In this document: positions 63,340-64,000 of the stretch, in pieces
How the letters are laid out: each line of letters opens with the position of its first letter
Numbering within the stretch: position 1 is the stretch's first letter
From: the human T2T-CHM13v2.0 reference genome, Homo sapiens
Assembly (NCBI RefSeq): GCF_009914755.1
Contig: NC_060934.1
Strand: one strand, 5' to 3'
DNA: 64,000 bases
Position numbers and translations under genes: made by a program
The notes under the pieces: model-generated
Database searches by the model: none
The model's input: only the letters and a program-made list of their open reading frames with translations
Told to the model about the DNA's origin: nothing

Positions 63340-64000
63340 TAGAACTCCTGACCTTAGGAGATCCACTTGCCTCAACCTCCCAAAGTGCTGGGATTATAGG
63401 CGAGAGCCACTGTGCCCAGCCTCAGTGGAGTACTTAATAAAGAAAGAGGCTGCTAAATTTTGGGGAGAAAATGTGTGGCACTTTTTTCTTACTGGCCTAC
63501 TGATACAGTTTGGATGTGTGTCCCCTCCAAATTTCATGTTGAAATATAATCCCCAGTGTGGGAGTTGGGGACTGGTAGGAGGTATTTGGGTCATGGGGGT
63601 GTATCTCTTATGGATGGTTTAGCACCATTCCCTTGATAATGAGTGAGTTCTGATTCGGTTCACATGAGATCTGGTTGTTTAAAAGAGTCTGGCACCAGGC
63701 GTGGTGGCTCACACTTGTAATCCCAGCACTTTGGGAGGCCAAAGCAGGTGGATAACCTGAGGTCAGGAGTTTGAGACCAGCCTGGCCAACATGGCGAAAC
63801 CCTGTCTCTACTAAAAATACAAAAATTAGGCGGGTGTGGTGGTCCACGCCTGTAGTCTCAACTACTTGGGAAGCTGAGGGAGGAGAATCACTTCAACCTG
63901 GGAGGCAGAGGTTGCCGTGAGCCAAGATCATGCCACTGCACTCCAGCCTGGGTAACAGAGTGAGACTCTACCTCAAAAAATAAATAAGCAAATAAATAAA

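Overview
Primate (almost certainly human) repeat-dense DNA from a KRAB zinc-finger cluster. The minus strand carries the 3' part of ZNF25: KRAB-A and KRAB-B exons, a 64-nt linker exon, a 12-finger C2H2 exon and the 3' UTR. The start-codon exon was not found and probably lies beyond the window end. Convergent to it on the plus strand is a near full-length, defective HERV-T/HERVS71 provirus (LTR6-type 5' LTR, perfect tRNA-Thr PBS, gag-pro-pol-env). The rest is L1 (including a young L1PA2-like 3' part), about 45 Alus, THE1/MST/MLT/MER LTRs, DNA-transposon fossils and a decayed zinc-finger relic. Four observations stand out. (1) The 3' LTR breaks off after ~90 nt and is replaced by a 275-nt, ~98% identical inverted copy of the provirus's own env, followed by a templated-insertion scar, so read-through RNA could fold into a long env hairpin. 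(2) An intact 38-aa transmembrane micro-ORF lies upstream of gag with its own splice acceptor. (3) ZNF25 appears rescued by a GC-AG intron carved out of its ancestral finger exon. (4) The env ORF is open for 202 codons and then stops, which could give a secreted SU fragment. Repeat subfamily names and most repeat boundaries are from visual recognition and are approximate. No expression evidence can be obtained from sequence alone.
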